Source of the DNA: Vannella sp.
Taxonomy: Eukaryota
Length of the DNA: 42,419 nt
Direction of reading: 5' to 3'
Assembly (NCBI GenBank): GCA_023345925.1
Contig: JAJQQN010000037.1
Coordinates: 1 to 42,419 of the forward strand
The notes beneath the pieces are model-generated. The model was not told where the DNA came from and did not search any database. It saw nothing but the letters and a program-made list of their open reading frames with translations. The translations under genes and the position numbers were made by a program. This document shows positions 25,048-37,229 of the stretch, piece by piece; position 1 is the first letter of the stretch; every line of letters starts with the position of its first letter.

Positions 25048-26148
25048 ATGAAGCAATCAGATCGAGGAAGGAAGGCAGTTGGGAGCATTTCCTCGATGCC
25101 CTTTGGAGGGCACACGCTCTTGCTTGATCAGGAGGGCGGGTTGTTGGCTTTTGGTTGGAATCACGAAGGGCAACTTGGGTGTGGCCACTTGAGTAGTCGA
25201 TCCAAGCCGAGCAAGGTGGTTTGGGAAGGACCCAGACTGGTTCAGGTGGATTGGGGACTGGCGCATTCCCTTCTTTGTGACGAGGAAGGAGGCGTGTGGC
25301 AGACTGGTCTTTGTTGCCGTAGGAGGCCTTTTCTTACCTTTCAGAGGGTTCCTGAGTTGCCTCCTGTCTCTCTTGTAGCTGCTGGCTACCAACACAGCGC
25401 GGCGTTGGACAAAGAGAGCAAACTTTGGGTGTGGACGGCAAAGACAGACCTCTCTTGGGCCTCCTCTATTCCAAGAAGAGTCGAGGGTCTCCCTCCATTG
25501 CTCAAGGTGGCCTGCGGCAGAGACTTCCTCGTGATGGAAGCTGAAGATGGCAGCCTCTGGGCCTTGGGAGCCAATAGAAACGGAGAGCTGGGCCTTGGAG
25601 ATAGTCAAGATACTCCATATCCAACCCGCCTCCAGGTTATCGGCCTCCCTGACAGGCCACTTCGGTGTTTGGCGGCGAGCAGCCTTTTCGTTGTTCTCGT
25701 GGACTCTGCTGGCGGACTTTGGACCTCTGAATCCACTCCAAGGAAAGCTGCCTTCTCAGAGGACATCCCTTATTTCCATAAGATCAATGCCCTTCCCATG
25801 GTTTCGGTCTCCTGCGGATTACAGCATTCTCTCTGTCTGGACGAGACTGGAAACGTTTGGGGATGGGGAAGAGATTCTTGTGGAGCGTTTGGTACGGAAC
25901 CAGCTCTAATCGCAATGCCCCAAGGAGTGCTGGCGGTCGTTGCTGGAGGGAGACATTCACTTGCCTTTTCTAAAGATGGCCATTATTTGTTTCTGTTTGG
26001 GAGCAACGCTCATGGACAACTCGGATTCAACCACAGAACCCGACCGGTGGTTTCTGTCCCCACTGTCTCATTCCTCCGACCAGCTGCACCTTCCACTTCT
26101 TCTTCCACAAGAAAATGCAATGCCCCCTATTCCTCGCCTGCCATCTGA
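25048..26148 (+). CDS. RCC1/BLIP-II repeat protein, intronless
   Basis: Repeated GxNxxGQLG, vaaGxxHS and vsCGxxHSL motifs. Confidence 0.85.
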   Translation: MKQSDRGRKAVGSISSMPFGGHTLLLDQEGGLLAFGWNHEGQLGCGHLSSRSKPSKVVWEGPRLVQVDWGLAHSLLCDEEGGVWQTGLCCRRRPFLTFQRVPELPPVSLVAAGYQHSAALDKESKLWVWTAKTDLSWASSIPRRVEGLPPLLKVACGRDFLVMEAEDGSLWALGANRNGELGLGDSQDTPYPTRLQVIGLPDRPLRCLAASSLFVVLVDSAGGLWTSESTPRKAAFSEDIPYFHKINALPMVSVSCGLQHSLCLDETGNVWGWGRDSCGAFGTEPALIAMPQGVLAVVAGGRHSLAFSKDGHYLFLFGSNAHGQLGFNHRTRPVVSVPTVSFLRPAAPSTSSSTRKCNAPYSSPAI

Positions 26149-26684
26149 TAGAAAACAAGTAAGAGGGCTTCTCTCAACTTCCTCAGTTGAAAGAAGCCAC
26201 ATCCTCAACTTAGAAGGACCCCTGCACGGTAACCCCTTTGACCCGAAATACTGATGCCGATTCTGATCTTCCCAAGAAGTGTATTACTCTCATCATTACC
26301 ACTGTTGTGGGCCAACGAATCCTTGTTTGACTTGAAGAAGGAGCTAATCTCTCTCAAGGGAGGACCAACGAGTCTCTTAATGGACTGACGAATCCTTTTT
26401 GGAACTGGCAAAGGAACAGGAATAAGTAGGATGCTAGAAAGAGTTCTGTGACTCTCAACAGAGGACCAACCAGTCTCTTAACAGAATCAAGGAGTCTATA
26501 ATAGCTTACGATAAAAATACGATTCGGACTCGAAAAGTGAAATCGCCCTCTCGCCCATCTCTTGTGGATTTTGCGAACGAGTTCAGACTGCCCCCTCTTC
26601 CCCTTCGCTCGTGGACAGAAGGCAAAATGTCGATGTGGCCATCTTTGGACGTTTCGGTGTGATGACGAAAATTTCCGGGTTTCC

Positions 26685-26691
26685 TATAAAA
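26685..26691 (+). promoter_or_regulatory. Putative TATA box
   Basis: TATAAAA about 55 nt upstream of the ATG at 26742. Confidence 0.4.
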
Positions 26692-26741
26692 TGGGTTCTC
26701 GTGGGCGGTGGTTCATCTTTTCCCCAGACCAACTCTTCGTC

Positions 26742-27002
26742 ATGTTCAACAAGCTCAAGGGACACATCGCCACCGCTGAGAAGCTCACCGGTGTCGACAT
26801 TGATCAAGATGGGAAGGTCGCAGGAGCCCCCGTTGCTGGTACGGCCGTCACTGGCGTCACTTCCACCGTCACTGGTGCCCAAGCTACCGCCCAAGCCACC
26901 GTCAACGATGCCAACGCCACTGCTGAATCCAAGGTTACTGGAGCCCAAGCTACTGCTGTTGACGCAGGTGTCGCCGTCGCGGATCTCGCCACCAATATCT
27001 AA
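26742..27002 (+). CDS. 86-aa Ala/Thr/Val-rich orphan with DxDxDG motif
   Basis: MFNKLKGHIATAEKLTGVDIDQDGKVAG..; strong C/T-ending codon bias like RPL35; VTGAQATA repeated twice. Confidence 0.7.
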   Translation: MFNKLKGHIATAEKLTGVDIDQDGKVAGAPVAGTAVTGVTSTVTGAQATAQATVNDANATAESKVTGAQATAVDAGVAVADLATNI

Positions 27003-27055
27003 GTCCCTCCTTGATAAACGAACGACTTGACCAAGTCAGTGTGTTCTCTCTCACT

Positions 27056-29119
27056 TTAGAGGAAGGCCACGAGAGCCATAGGAAGGGAAACATACAGAAG
27101 CGAGAACGGCAAACCGTTGCGAAGTGAAGCGAGTGCTTGTTGAACAGGTTGAAGGAAGGTGTAGAACCCAGTGAGAGGAGCACCTCTGCATGACGCAGTA
27201 AGATCCACGTTGTACCAAATGGAGAGGGCTTGGCGAAGGGAAGCGGTGTTGACCGCAGGAAGGTACTCTCCAACCTTCCTGCGCCTCCACCAAGTCCCAC
27301 GTTCTTCGTCCACAAGAGCACGATGATCCTCTGGGAGGGCAAAGTCGGCCATAGCGAAGTCATATTCGAAGAGGTGAGCGCGAATCTGAGTGGGAGGTTC
27401 AGCTGCACTGAAACCTGCTTGTTCTGGAAGAAGCCAGAAGACATCCGGTGATCCCTGGAGCAACTTGAGAGACAAATGAACAAACCACTTGTTGTTTTGG
27501 AACGAACCAAGAGCAGCAAACCACATCTGCCAGTCCAAATAGGGTTGATAAGGGGCGATGAACGCGGGGGCCTTGGACATATTTCCCACTTTGTAGTGGA
27601 ACTCCACTGGATGCCATTTTCCTCTGTTGAAGGCCTCCATAATGACTTCAGGGCGTGCCACTTCTCCTTGGGGACCCACTCCAGTCATTTGGGCGAACAA
27701 GCCATAAGTCGACTCCATTCGGAGTTTCTGTTTCCATTCCATCACACTTGGGCTGAATACTCGCGCCAACTGATCTTGAGAGGCGCGATGATGCGAGGGA
27801 AAGGGAGATAAAAGGGAGGGGGCAGTCATAGCGAACAGGATTAAACAGCAAAAGACAAGAAAGAAAGCGAGTGCCTTGGGAAAGAGACTTTTTGTTCTCT
27901 TTCGACAAACCTTCCACAAGAAGCGGGCCCAGGAGATGAGAAGTACGGAAAATAAAGCCAAGAGGATGTGGAGAGCATATTCTTCCATCAGATTGCGGAA
28001 ATAAGATAACTCCAACAAGTTGATATGTGTGACTTCGCCTGTGTGGGTGACTTGGAACAAGAAAGAGCTCATAAACGGGAGAACATAAGGAAGGCCAGTC
28101 CCGAGGAGTCCCATAAAGAACCTTTGTGAAAGTCTGAACTGACCGCAAAGCAGGAGCAGGATCTCCATAAACACCCAAGTCCCAGAAAGATTGAGGAGAG
28201 ACAAAGAAAGTCCTCCCCAAAAGGCGAACGCGCCCCAAAATAGGGTTCGCATCTTCCAGAATGCGTTATCCAGCAGAGTCAGGCAGAGAAGGATGGTCAA
28301 GCCATTGAAGAAGTTGTAGTTACCACTCGCTATAATGGCAACCTGCAGAGCGATTTGAACGATCGCTGCAGCTCTTCTGACGGGTGCCCAAGGAATGAGA
28401 ATGGCAAATACTAAAGGTCCTTCGATAAGGAGCGTTGCAGCGGTCTCTGTCTCATGGAAGAGAGCTGGTAGGTTGTGTAGGTAGTAGGCTACTGGAGTTG
28501 GGATACACTGGGTGGCGTAGTGGCCATTCATGGCGGTCATCTTCGTCCATTCGCTGCTGGCAGAAGGGAACAGCTTGACCATTCCACTAAGGAACATCAA
28601 CTTGAAGAGTAGTAAACGAAGCAAGCTTATAACAGGCTCGCCATTCCATCTCCTCAGTGTGGCAGCGAGAAAGATGGCCAGAAACCCTGTCTCGAGTAGA
28701 AGGAGGTCCCATTGGAAGTGATTGAAGGTTTCTGTAAGATTGTGAAGAGACAGATGGATCATCCATAGCAGACAGGTGGTCCAAAGGAACTTGGAGCGAC
28801 GAGAAAGCACTTGGGCGATTGCCAGACCAAGTCCCAGAAGGCAGAGAACCTCTGCTGCCATGTCCACTTGCCAAGGACTAGCAGAGAGCTCACTCCCCAC
28901 CACAAGCCAGAGAAGAGAGGGCAAGCGAGTGAAGGCAGCCCACCAAGAGGAACCCGCGGGCAGATGAGCGATGGATCGGTGCATTACCGTCACCATGGGT
29001 TGGATGCCATCACAACCATACAAGCCTGGCCACTGAGAGAACAAAGAGTAGAACAAACACGCGTAGACCACGCCAAGCCCCCGCAGGAACATCCGACTGG
29101 ACCGAGAGTAGCTTCCCAT
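27056..29119 (-). CDS. LMF2: Lipase maturation factor (LMF2-like)
   Basis: FQWDLLLLETGFL, LLFKLMFLSGMVK, HYATQCIPTP, SGNYNFFN, YGLFAQMTG, RPEVIME, APYQPYLDWQMWFAAL. Confidence 0.9.
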   Translation of the reverse strand: MGSYSRSSRMFLRGLGVVYACLFYSLFSQWPGLYGCDGIQPMVTVMHRSIAHLPAGSSWWAAFTRLPSLLWLVVGSELSASPWQVDMAAEVLCLLGLGLAIAQVLSRRSKFLWTTCLLWMIHLSLHNLTETFNHFQWDLLLLETGFLAIFLAATLRRWNGEPVISLLRLLLFKLMFLSGMVKLFPSASSEWTKMTAMNGHYATQCIPTPVAYYLHNLPALFHETETAATLLIEGPLVFAILIPWAPVRRAAAIVQIALQVAIIASGNYNFFNGLTILLCLTLLDNAFWKMRTLFWGAFAFWGGLSLSLLNLSGTWVFMEILLLLCGQFRLSQRFFMGLLGTGLPYVLPFMSSFLFQVTHTGEVTHINLLELSYFRNLMEEYALHILLALFSVLLISWARFLWKVCRKRTKSLFPKALAFFLVFCCLILFAMTAPSLLSPFPSHHRASQDQLARVFSPSVMEWKQKLRMESTYGLFAQMTGVGPQGEVARPEVIMEAFNRGKWHPVEFHYKVGNMSKAPAFIAPYQPYLDWQMWFAALGSFQNNKWFVHLSLKLLQGSPDVFWLLPEQAGFSAAEPPTQIRAHLFEYDFAMADFALPEDHRALVDEERGTWWRRRKVGEYLPAVNTASLRQALSIWYNVDLTASCRGAPLTGFYTFLQPVQQALASLRNGLPFSLLYVSLPMALVAFL

Positions 29120-29419
29120 GCATCCCTCCTTTGCCCTTCCGCCACGCTCCTCTCGCAAAGAAACGCGCATAGAATGAATCAGCCCCCTCGCAACGCACCA
29201 AGAAAGGAAAGGAAAATTTTCCCGCCCATTTATCCCTCCGCTAAAAGACCTTCAAAATTGACCGGGACTCCTACAGATTAATTTTCTCCCTTTTTTAAGA
29301 GGTCACTTTTCAGCCTTCAGGATTATCTTCTTGTGAGCCGGAAAGCGTGTTCGAGGACCTGCAAGGGGCGGACAGAAGGGTTGGAATGATCATTATCATT
29401 GTTTGGATCGTCGGACTGG

Positions 29420-31888
29420 ATGGCTCGTAACATTGTGGTTTTGCGGCCTCCTTCGGGCTCTTCGGGGGAGTTAGAGGCTCAACTCAAGGGTCTGGGGTAC
29501 CGAGATAGTGGAGGATCTCAGAAGAGGACGATTGAGTCTTTGAAGGAGGCGTTAGCGTGCTTGAATCCCTCCGAACCGGAAGTGCAGCAGAGAGCACTCC
29601 GCTTTGTAGCCAACAGCGCCGTCTTTGGTGAGACTCATGGGTCAATCTTCTCTTCTAGTGGGTTCTGCTGGATCGTGGAAGCTCTCGAGTCGCCCTGCAT
29701 GGCCACTCGGACGTTGGCGTGCACCGCACTCGTCAATCTCTCTCTATCAGGTGCGCTCTATCCGTGTTCTCTCAGTTAGACACTCATCTTACCTAAAGGC
29801 ATTCATACCACTTTGGTGGGCCAAACTCGCCTCTTCCAGAGGACGCATTTGCTGTTGGAAGACTCCTCGAAGGATCTCGTCCTGCTTGCGCTTCGCCTTC
29901 TCGCCAATTTGACCTCTTTTGGTATGTTCAGTCGATAGAGAACCTCTCCGTCTTAAAAAGCTTGAGCAGATGGCCACAGCAATGTCGAATCCGCCTCCAT
30001 GGCCAAGTCCGTCACCTCTCTCTTGAACGAGGACTGCTGTGAAGAGGTCTGTCTAGTTACCTTCTCTTTACTACAAAACGTGGCCAAGTTGGGTCAGTTC
30101 CGTTCCGAGGAAGACTGTGTGCTGACCTTCAAACAGAAGCCACAATAAGTCACTTGACGACCGAGGGCGGTCTCAAGGCCGTAGTGAAGGTGCTGGAGAA
30201 GTTTGAAGATTCTGTGAGAGTGTGCGAGTCCGCCGCTCTTCTACTGGCGCTGCTCAGCTTCGAAGAAAGAGTGGTTGCCGAAATGTCCTCTCCGGAACTC
30301 TTCCACGGATTGGCCATGATAATGCGCCACAAGTCTTCTGATGCCCTCAACTATGCTTCCCGTGTACTAACCAACCTCTCATACCAAGGTGAGTTCAAGA
30401 AGAAGCCTCTTTTCTGCCTGATTGATGAGGAATACAGCTTGCAATGGTGCGGAATTGATGGACTTTGCGCTAGTCCCACTTATCATTGAAGCACTTCAGC
30501 GGCATGACCTGATCGAAGTACAGACTCACAGCGTCATGACACTCAGTAATCTGGCAAGAATTGAAGAGTTCGCCCTTCAAATAGCCGCCATCGGGGGCTG
30601 CCTATCAATTGCACAGCTTTGCCACACGTTAAATGAGGACCTCCAAACCAAAGTGGCCAAGCTAGTTGCCAATTTGAGTTGTTTTGAACTTCCCCGCCAA
30701 CTTTTGCTGAACCATGGGGCCAAAAAGGCTTTAGAAGGCAAAGTAAGATCCTCTTGCCGTTCTCTAGCCCAAAACGCGCAGATCGCCATCAATAACCTTT
30801 CTGTTCCAATCAAGACTCTCAATCAGCAACTGACAGTCTCTTCAGAGGCAGCAGAGAAGTTCTTCCTGAAGCGTATTAAGATTATCGACGAGATATTGGA
30901 CACTGAGCGAACCTATTGTCGCCATTTGGAGGCATGCATTACCATTTACATGGTGCCATTGGCTGCTCAACAGGAGAAACCTCTTCTCTCCCCAAAGGCC
31001 ATCCGGGATATCTTTGGAGAAGTGGAGGTGATTGCGAATTTGCACAGAAACTTTCGAGAAGACCTCGAGAGCACGCTCGTGAGGTCCAGAGCCGGTCTTC
31101 GTTCTAATTCAGTGGCGGAAATCTATGTAGGACCAGCGTTTCTACGTCTATTGGACTGTTTGAAACTCTACAAACCCTACATCAGCAACTATGATCGTTC
31201 TTCAAATGCGTTGAGCGACGCTCTTGAAAGCCCAAAGTTTCATTCATGGGCAGAGAAACAGCACTCCACGAATGAGACACTCTCTTTAGCTAACATTCTC
31301 ATTACGCCTATTCAGCGTATCCCCAGATATTCTCTTCTCCTCCAAGAGCTTCTGAAACACATGGCAATGAGTCATCCGGACTATGAGAACCTTGATAAGG
31401 CATTGAAAGGTGTACTTTCTATTGCAGACTATCTCGAGGCGGAACGAGGAAAGGTAGAGGACACGAACAAAGTCGTCAAAATACAGGAACAGCTCAACAA
31501 CGCTCCCATGAAGCTGGTTGCCCCTTTCCGGCGCTTCGTTTTCGAAAGTGACATCATCGAAGAACATCTGTCCGCTACCAAACCTGGCAGCGCCATGCGC
31601 ATTAAGATGCGCCACTTGTTTCTCTTCAATGACATCCTCATTGTCGCAGCCCCACACCGCAAACGCTTCGACTTTCGGAGCGTACTCTCCTTGAACTCCG
31701 TCAAGGCCGTCCCATTGACAGAGGCCAACCAATCCACGACTTTTCGCATTGTCACAACGGATAGTGCGCACAACTTTGGCTGTGGAAGCGTCTCCCAACG
31801 CGACGAATGGGTCAACCAGATCAATGACGCCGTATTCCAGCACAAACGGAATAACTACTCCCGCCAGGCGGCGAGTTTAGTCCTCTGA
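29420..31888 (+). CDS. Armadillo-repeat RhoGEF (ARM + DH-PH), multi-exon
   Basis: ARM-like helices (ALVNLS, LTNLS, VANLS); DH domain EILDTERTY..LITPIQRIPRYSLLLQELLK..HPDY; PH domain HLFLFNDIL..W. Confidence 0.88.
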
Positions 31889-31983
31889 GCTTAAAAACGA
31901 GGTTTTTAAGGAAGCAAGGGAAAGGGGGCATTTCTGGTTGTGCTCAAATCTCTTGTGTCAGACTAATATCAAGTAGACTGGGA

Positions 31984-34900
31984 CTACATTGCAGATGAAA
32001 CAGAGCGGCGGCAATGAGCTGTGACAGTCTGTTGCAGTAGAATAGTTCGGAGGGCTGCGAATCTCACAGGGCTCAAGCGAAGCTCTTTTCCTCGAGAGAA
32101 GTTTTCGTCCTCTTCTCCGTGCTCATCAACATACAAGGAGCCCCAAGGGTAGCTGCTTTCTCCTTGTAGAAGGATGACGAGTGTGGAATGGAAAAATAAG
32201 AAAACACCTGGCGTTCCACACTTTTCCATGTGCTGTCCCCCAGAATTAGATCACTTATGAAGACAATAACTCACTCACACCGCGTCGCTCTGGTTCGGAG
32301 CCACAGGTTTGGCATTGACTCAACAACTCTCCGCATTGCAAGCAAAGAAGGGTTCTCATTCCCTTTAAAGTACACAAAGGACAAGGTTGGCTGTAGGAAT
32401 CTTGATACAGAAAATCAAATACTTCTGGTAAGGTGATGAATTGGTAGGAGTGGAAACGCTCAATTGGAAGTGAGTGACCCAATCCTCCTTTCCAGTGGTT
32501 CAAAAGGATCTTCGCTTTCTCAAGAGGCGGAAAAGGCGAGGTTTCTTGGGCTTCCTTCTCAGACAATTGTGTGTTCAATAGAATGTTGCAGAGCTCCAGA
32601 AACGGAGCAGCGCCTGAGCCATCAGGAAGCTCGGAATAAAAGACATCGAAGAGGGTATTCCTCAAAATGTAAACTTTCCGTAAGAACGCAAACTGTTTCA
32701 AGCGATCTGCTCCATTCAGATTACTTGACAGCTGAGAGAGTATCTCTTGAAGGGCATCATGCTGGGGGCCTAGATTTGGATAGCCTGCAGTATTTGAACT
32801 GGCATTCTTCTGAGTGCTCGCCTGTAAGCCATTGGCAAGAATGAACAATCGGGAGATCTCATCAAATTCTTCAAGGGTAGGGGGAGTGGGATGCCAATAG
32901 AGAAGAGCAATGAAAATGGAAAACAAATCACCAGATAACAACGGGAAATCCGGACTTTGTCCGTCGGATGGATAGAAGGACCGCCTCACTCTGTCAGCAA
33001 ATGATACCAGTCCTCCTCGCGAATGGCGCTCCCGGTCAGCTTCCATAGCTCTGGAATAGAATCTCCCAGTGGCAAAAAGATGCTGGGTGGAAGTCCGATG
33101 TTCGGCAAGGAGCTCCTGAGGAGGAGTCAGATAATCTCTTGATTGAAACTCAAGCTTTTCCATCTCTGAACGAAGCTAGGAAAGAAATAGATTAGATCGA
33201 ATCAAAGTATGTGATAATGAGAGCATACCAGGGTGATGAAAGCTAAGTCCCGAACTGGGCCGTTTCTTAAAGCAGATGGAATATTCAATCTGAAAAGCAG
33301 CTGCTGGGAAAAGGAGATGGCGGCTTGAATGCTCGCTTCAGACAGTTTAGGTATTCCCACTTCTGTGGGATCTATTGGGATGAGGACATTGGAGAGTGCC
33401 CGGCACATTGGGCAGAAGAATTCTCCATCGTTAAGTAGAAGCAGAATCTCACTATTTAACACCCTTTGCTCCAAACTCTTGCTAAAGGTTACCAAGCAAT
33501 CATTATGCATGAAGTGCTGGCAAAAGTGAGTTACCAGGGATCGATAAGGACGGATTATCTCATCCAAAAAGTGACTCTCTCCTTCTACTTCTGTTTGGGG
33601 CAAACTCTGCTCTGGATCGCCTGCTTCTCTTGGTTCTGCAGCTCTTGAGAATGTCTGAGTTGCTGGAGACCTTCTCAAATAGTCTAAGACGTGCTCTAGG
33701 CTTTCTTGGATTTCTTCACCTTCTTCTCTTGGCCCTCCTGGAACTGTCTGAACTCTTGGAGGCCTCCTCAAAAAGTCAACAAAGTGCTCTAGGTTAGGTA
33801 CATATGTGTCTTGGACATCATCATCGTCATCATCGTCATCTGGTGATTGCTCATCGTCCATAGGGAAGATGACCTCTTCAAAAAACTGGTCCTGCAAAAA
33901 ACGTTCCAGGCTGCTCAACTGAACTGGTCGTACCACCGGCCCTGAGTGCCGGGATGCATGATATTGAGTAAATTGGGTAACTCGTTGATAAGCTATTCTG
34001 CCTGCTGGTTTTGTCTGCAAAGAACTGCAGATCTCTTTGCAAAAAGCGCAAATGGGCAAGTTGTCATCATCCTCAGGGCCATCCTGTTCTCCTTTGTCAT
34101 TCAGTGATTCCAAAAACTGGGTTTGCTGAATTCTAAAGCCTCGCATGATAGCTCGCTGTTTCGCTGCTTGGGCTCGCTTGAGAATCTCATTCTGATCTAT
34201 TGGCGAACTTTCTCCTTTGGTTTGACTCTGGAACTCATCCAGCAGACGTTCTAACTCAGAGTATCCTCTACCTTTGGCTCTTGTCAGGCAGAAAAGGTCA
34301 TCCAGGAAGAAGCGCAGCTCCTTAAAATCCTGGTAAATCTTGAACAGCAGAGAGAGCATTGAATGACCTGCAGGCGAGACCGTTGCAGTATCTTTTGGAG
34401 ATGAGGGAAGATGGAATGTCTGGAGCATGTTTGGAACAATCTCTGTTTGGCAGAAAGGCAGATTCCAGAGACTTTCAATCTCATCCTCCTTTTCTTCTTG
34501 TTTCGGAGGTTGAGAGAGATCGACGTCTGCGACTGCGAGCCGGAGTAGATGCAAAGTGTAGTGCAGCGAAAGTTCAGAAGAGGCCGAAGGAGTGCCTGGC
34601 TGGTTGAGTTGGGAACCGTCCAACAGTTGCCAAAAGAGGATTCGGTGAAGATGCTTTGAGTAAAGCAGTCCCCTGAGCGGCACGAACGTCTCCAAAGGAA
34701 GCAGCGGCAACGGTAAGGGAAACAGTTTTGGGACATCCTCAATTTGCGGATGGTTCCGCCTGAAAACAGCGGAAAATCTCTCTTGAGACGTTTGCAGATT
34801 CTGAAGAGAGTAGTGAAGAAAGAACGGGTCGTATTCAGCCCACATTTCGTCCTTGATGACGTACAGGCCAGGCTCACCACGTGCAATTGGAGTTTGGTCA

Positions 34901-37105
34901 AAGGTAGCGACCTCACGGAGAACTTCTTTCCAACAAGGATGGCTCTCGTAAGTATTGGGAACTTGCTCCACTATCTGGCTGTGAGGCATCGCCTGGACAA
35001 AAAGGACATGGGCCAAGTGTTTGCGTATTCGGACACGCTCTGAGCCCCCGCTCACTAAAGAGCGATCCGCAATAATGTTGTAAATTAAAAGCAGGAAACG
35101 CTCGACAATGACAGTCATCTGACTGTGATCTGGATCCCCCTCTCCTATTTCCTGTTCTTTTTTGGTCAAGAAACCAGTCAATTCGAATCGGTCCATCAAG
35201 AGGGCGTAGAACTGCTTGGGAGTGGATCGAGCCGCTCCACATTGGAGAAGGAAAAGTTCATCCAGGATTGAGGGATAAGAGGCAAAGTCATATCTGTGGT
35301 GTTCAATGTCCATTAAGAAGAACTCCCCGTTTCGGTTCCACATTCCAGCGGCTACTTGAGCCATCAGGACGTGTTTCCTAAGCGGGCCCTCCATCAAGTA
35401 GAAGAAGGCGTTTGGCGCTCTTTCTGACATGGAGCAGAGAGAAATGTCCTCTCTCAGGGAGGCCTTCACAAACGCAGCAATGGCTTTGTGGAAGGGGAGA
35501 TAAATTGTCACTCCATCGTGAGACACCTTGAATTGAGGCAACTCGACACCATCAGGCGCGTGAAAGTCCATATGAAGCTTGACAAGGGCGCTACATCGGG
35601 CGATTATCCCTTGAATGCAGGAAACGGCATCTTCCAATGTTACTCCATCTCCAACATCAAAGTGATTGGCAAGATTCGTTGCCAATTCAGTCATTCGGAT
35701 CTCCAAATTAATAAGCGCGAAAGAATCCGTTCCATCATCACGACCTCCTTCACTGGGAAGAGCTCTGGTGTGTACGAACCCCTCATTGAGTACACTGGCT
35801 AACAGAAAAAAAGAGTCCAGGATCTTCTTTGGATCATTCCCAAAGATAATGTGGCGCGCAACTTCCCGCAAGTTGAACAAGAACGAAAGATCCAACGTCA
35901 TTGCGTGATAAGAACCACTTAGAATGACTGTAGACATCTTCAAACGCATTTTCCCCTCTTTCCGCTCCAACTGCGACGTCAGCAGATGCGAAAGAGCCTC
36001 TTGAAGATCAGAAACCAAGCCCGTAGCAATAAAAATGGGAGCCAAAGAGGGAGATGTGAACAGCTGAACAGTCATATCCAATAAGGGGAAATCTCCTCCT
36101 TCCTCTCGCATGAAACCCGCAGTGGCTTGCTGGTACAAAGCTGTCTCCGTGATGAATAGCGTTCATAACCCCCCAATAAGCGATAAGCGTCCTTACTGAT
36201 AAGCTGCTGAGAGAAGGCCACTCGAAAAGCGTCGTCACTGAGCAATTGAATGTAAATGTTGTGGAGCGCTTCTCTCAGAGGAGCAGCTATCTGGCTGTCC
36301 ATTCTCATCAAGAATGAAAGTATCGACATCGATTGAGGATCTGTGGATGGTTGAGAGTCGTCAGAAAGGGACCGAGTTGGAGCAAGAAGCCGATCCGCTA
36401 TAATCCACACTCCAGCGTCCCCGAGCTGTCGGTAGAGATGCTGGAAGAACTTGGTGATGCCTGTGATCAGACTTGCACCCTTTCTGGAGACTTCTTCGGA
36501 GAAGAGTGCCAGAAGGAGCTGACACGCCGTTTCAACTATTCCAGAGACTCGCTTTCGATCAGCCTCTTGGAGCAACTGGGATGGATGTACGCGTCCTTCA
36601 GGAACTCTATGTTGAGAGCAAGTGCCCTTGGAAGACCACCCCTTCAAGAAAGGTCTCCTGTCATCATCTCACTGGCAATCATGGCTGTCACACTCACCTC
36701 GCTGTCTCCACAATCACAACAACCTCCATTGGTTCGTATCATAGAGTCTATGAACAAGTCAGAAGCGGGAACGGAGCTGATGGGAGCTAGTACTGACAGT
36801 CATGGCCCTCGTGGTCGCTGTTCCGGAAGCATTCGGAGCAGATCGCACTATCACCACAGTCGCCCTTGTCAGGATGTTAAAGGCCCCTCTGGTATCGTTA
36901 CATACCAGCTGGGATCGATCTCACAGTCCCGACAACGAAAGGCAACGTTGTTCGCTTTCCAGACCGCGCCACAACGGCTGAAGGTCCCCGCTGGAAGTGA
37001 GATCTTATCCACAGCCACAAGCGCATCCCATTCCCTTCCATCCCCTCGCAATAACGCCGCCCGCAGTGAAGCAGACGAAGGAGACCCTTCATGAGCTGCC
37101 GACAT
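31984..37105 (-). CDS. UBR-box/RING E3 ubiquitin ligase (N-recognin; UBR1-3/PRT6 family), multi-exon
   Basis: UBR box CGAVW..FRCRDC..ICSECF..DHEGH..GGCCDCGD; GMWNRNG; split RING CAFC..CQHFMHNDC..EFFCPMCRALSN; C-terminal SLYVDEHGEED..RG..L.L. Confidence 0.92.
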
Positions 37106-37229
37106 CCTAGAAATGAGCCGTTTCCCTCCCTGACGGCCCCCTTTTACCTTCACCCTCGTCCCAGGCACTGATACAATCCATCCAAGTGGCCCTTTCCCTT
37201 CCCTTTTCACTTTCGCTTCCGTTCTTGCG

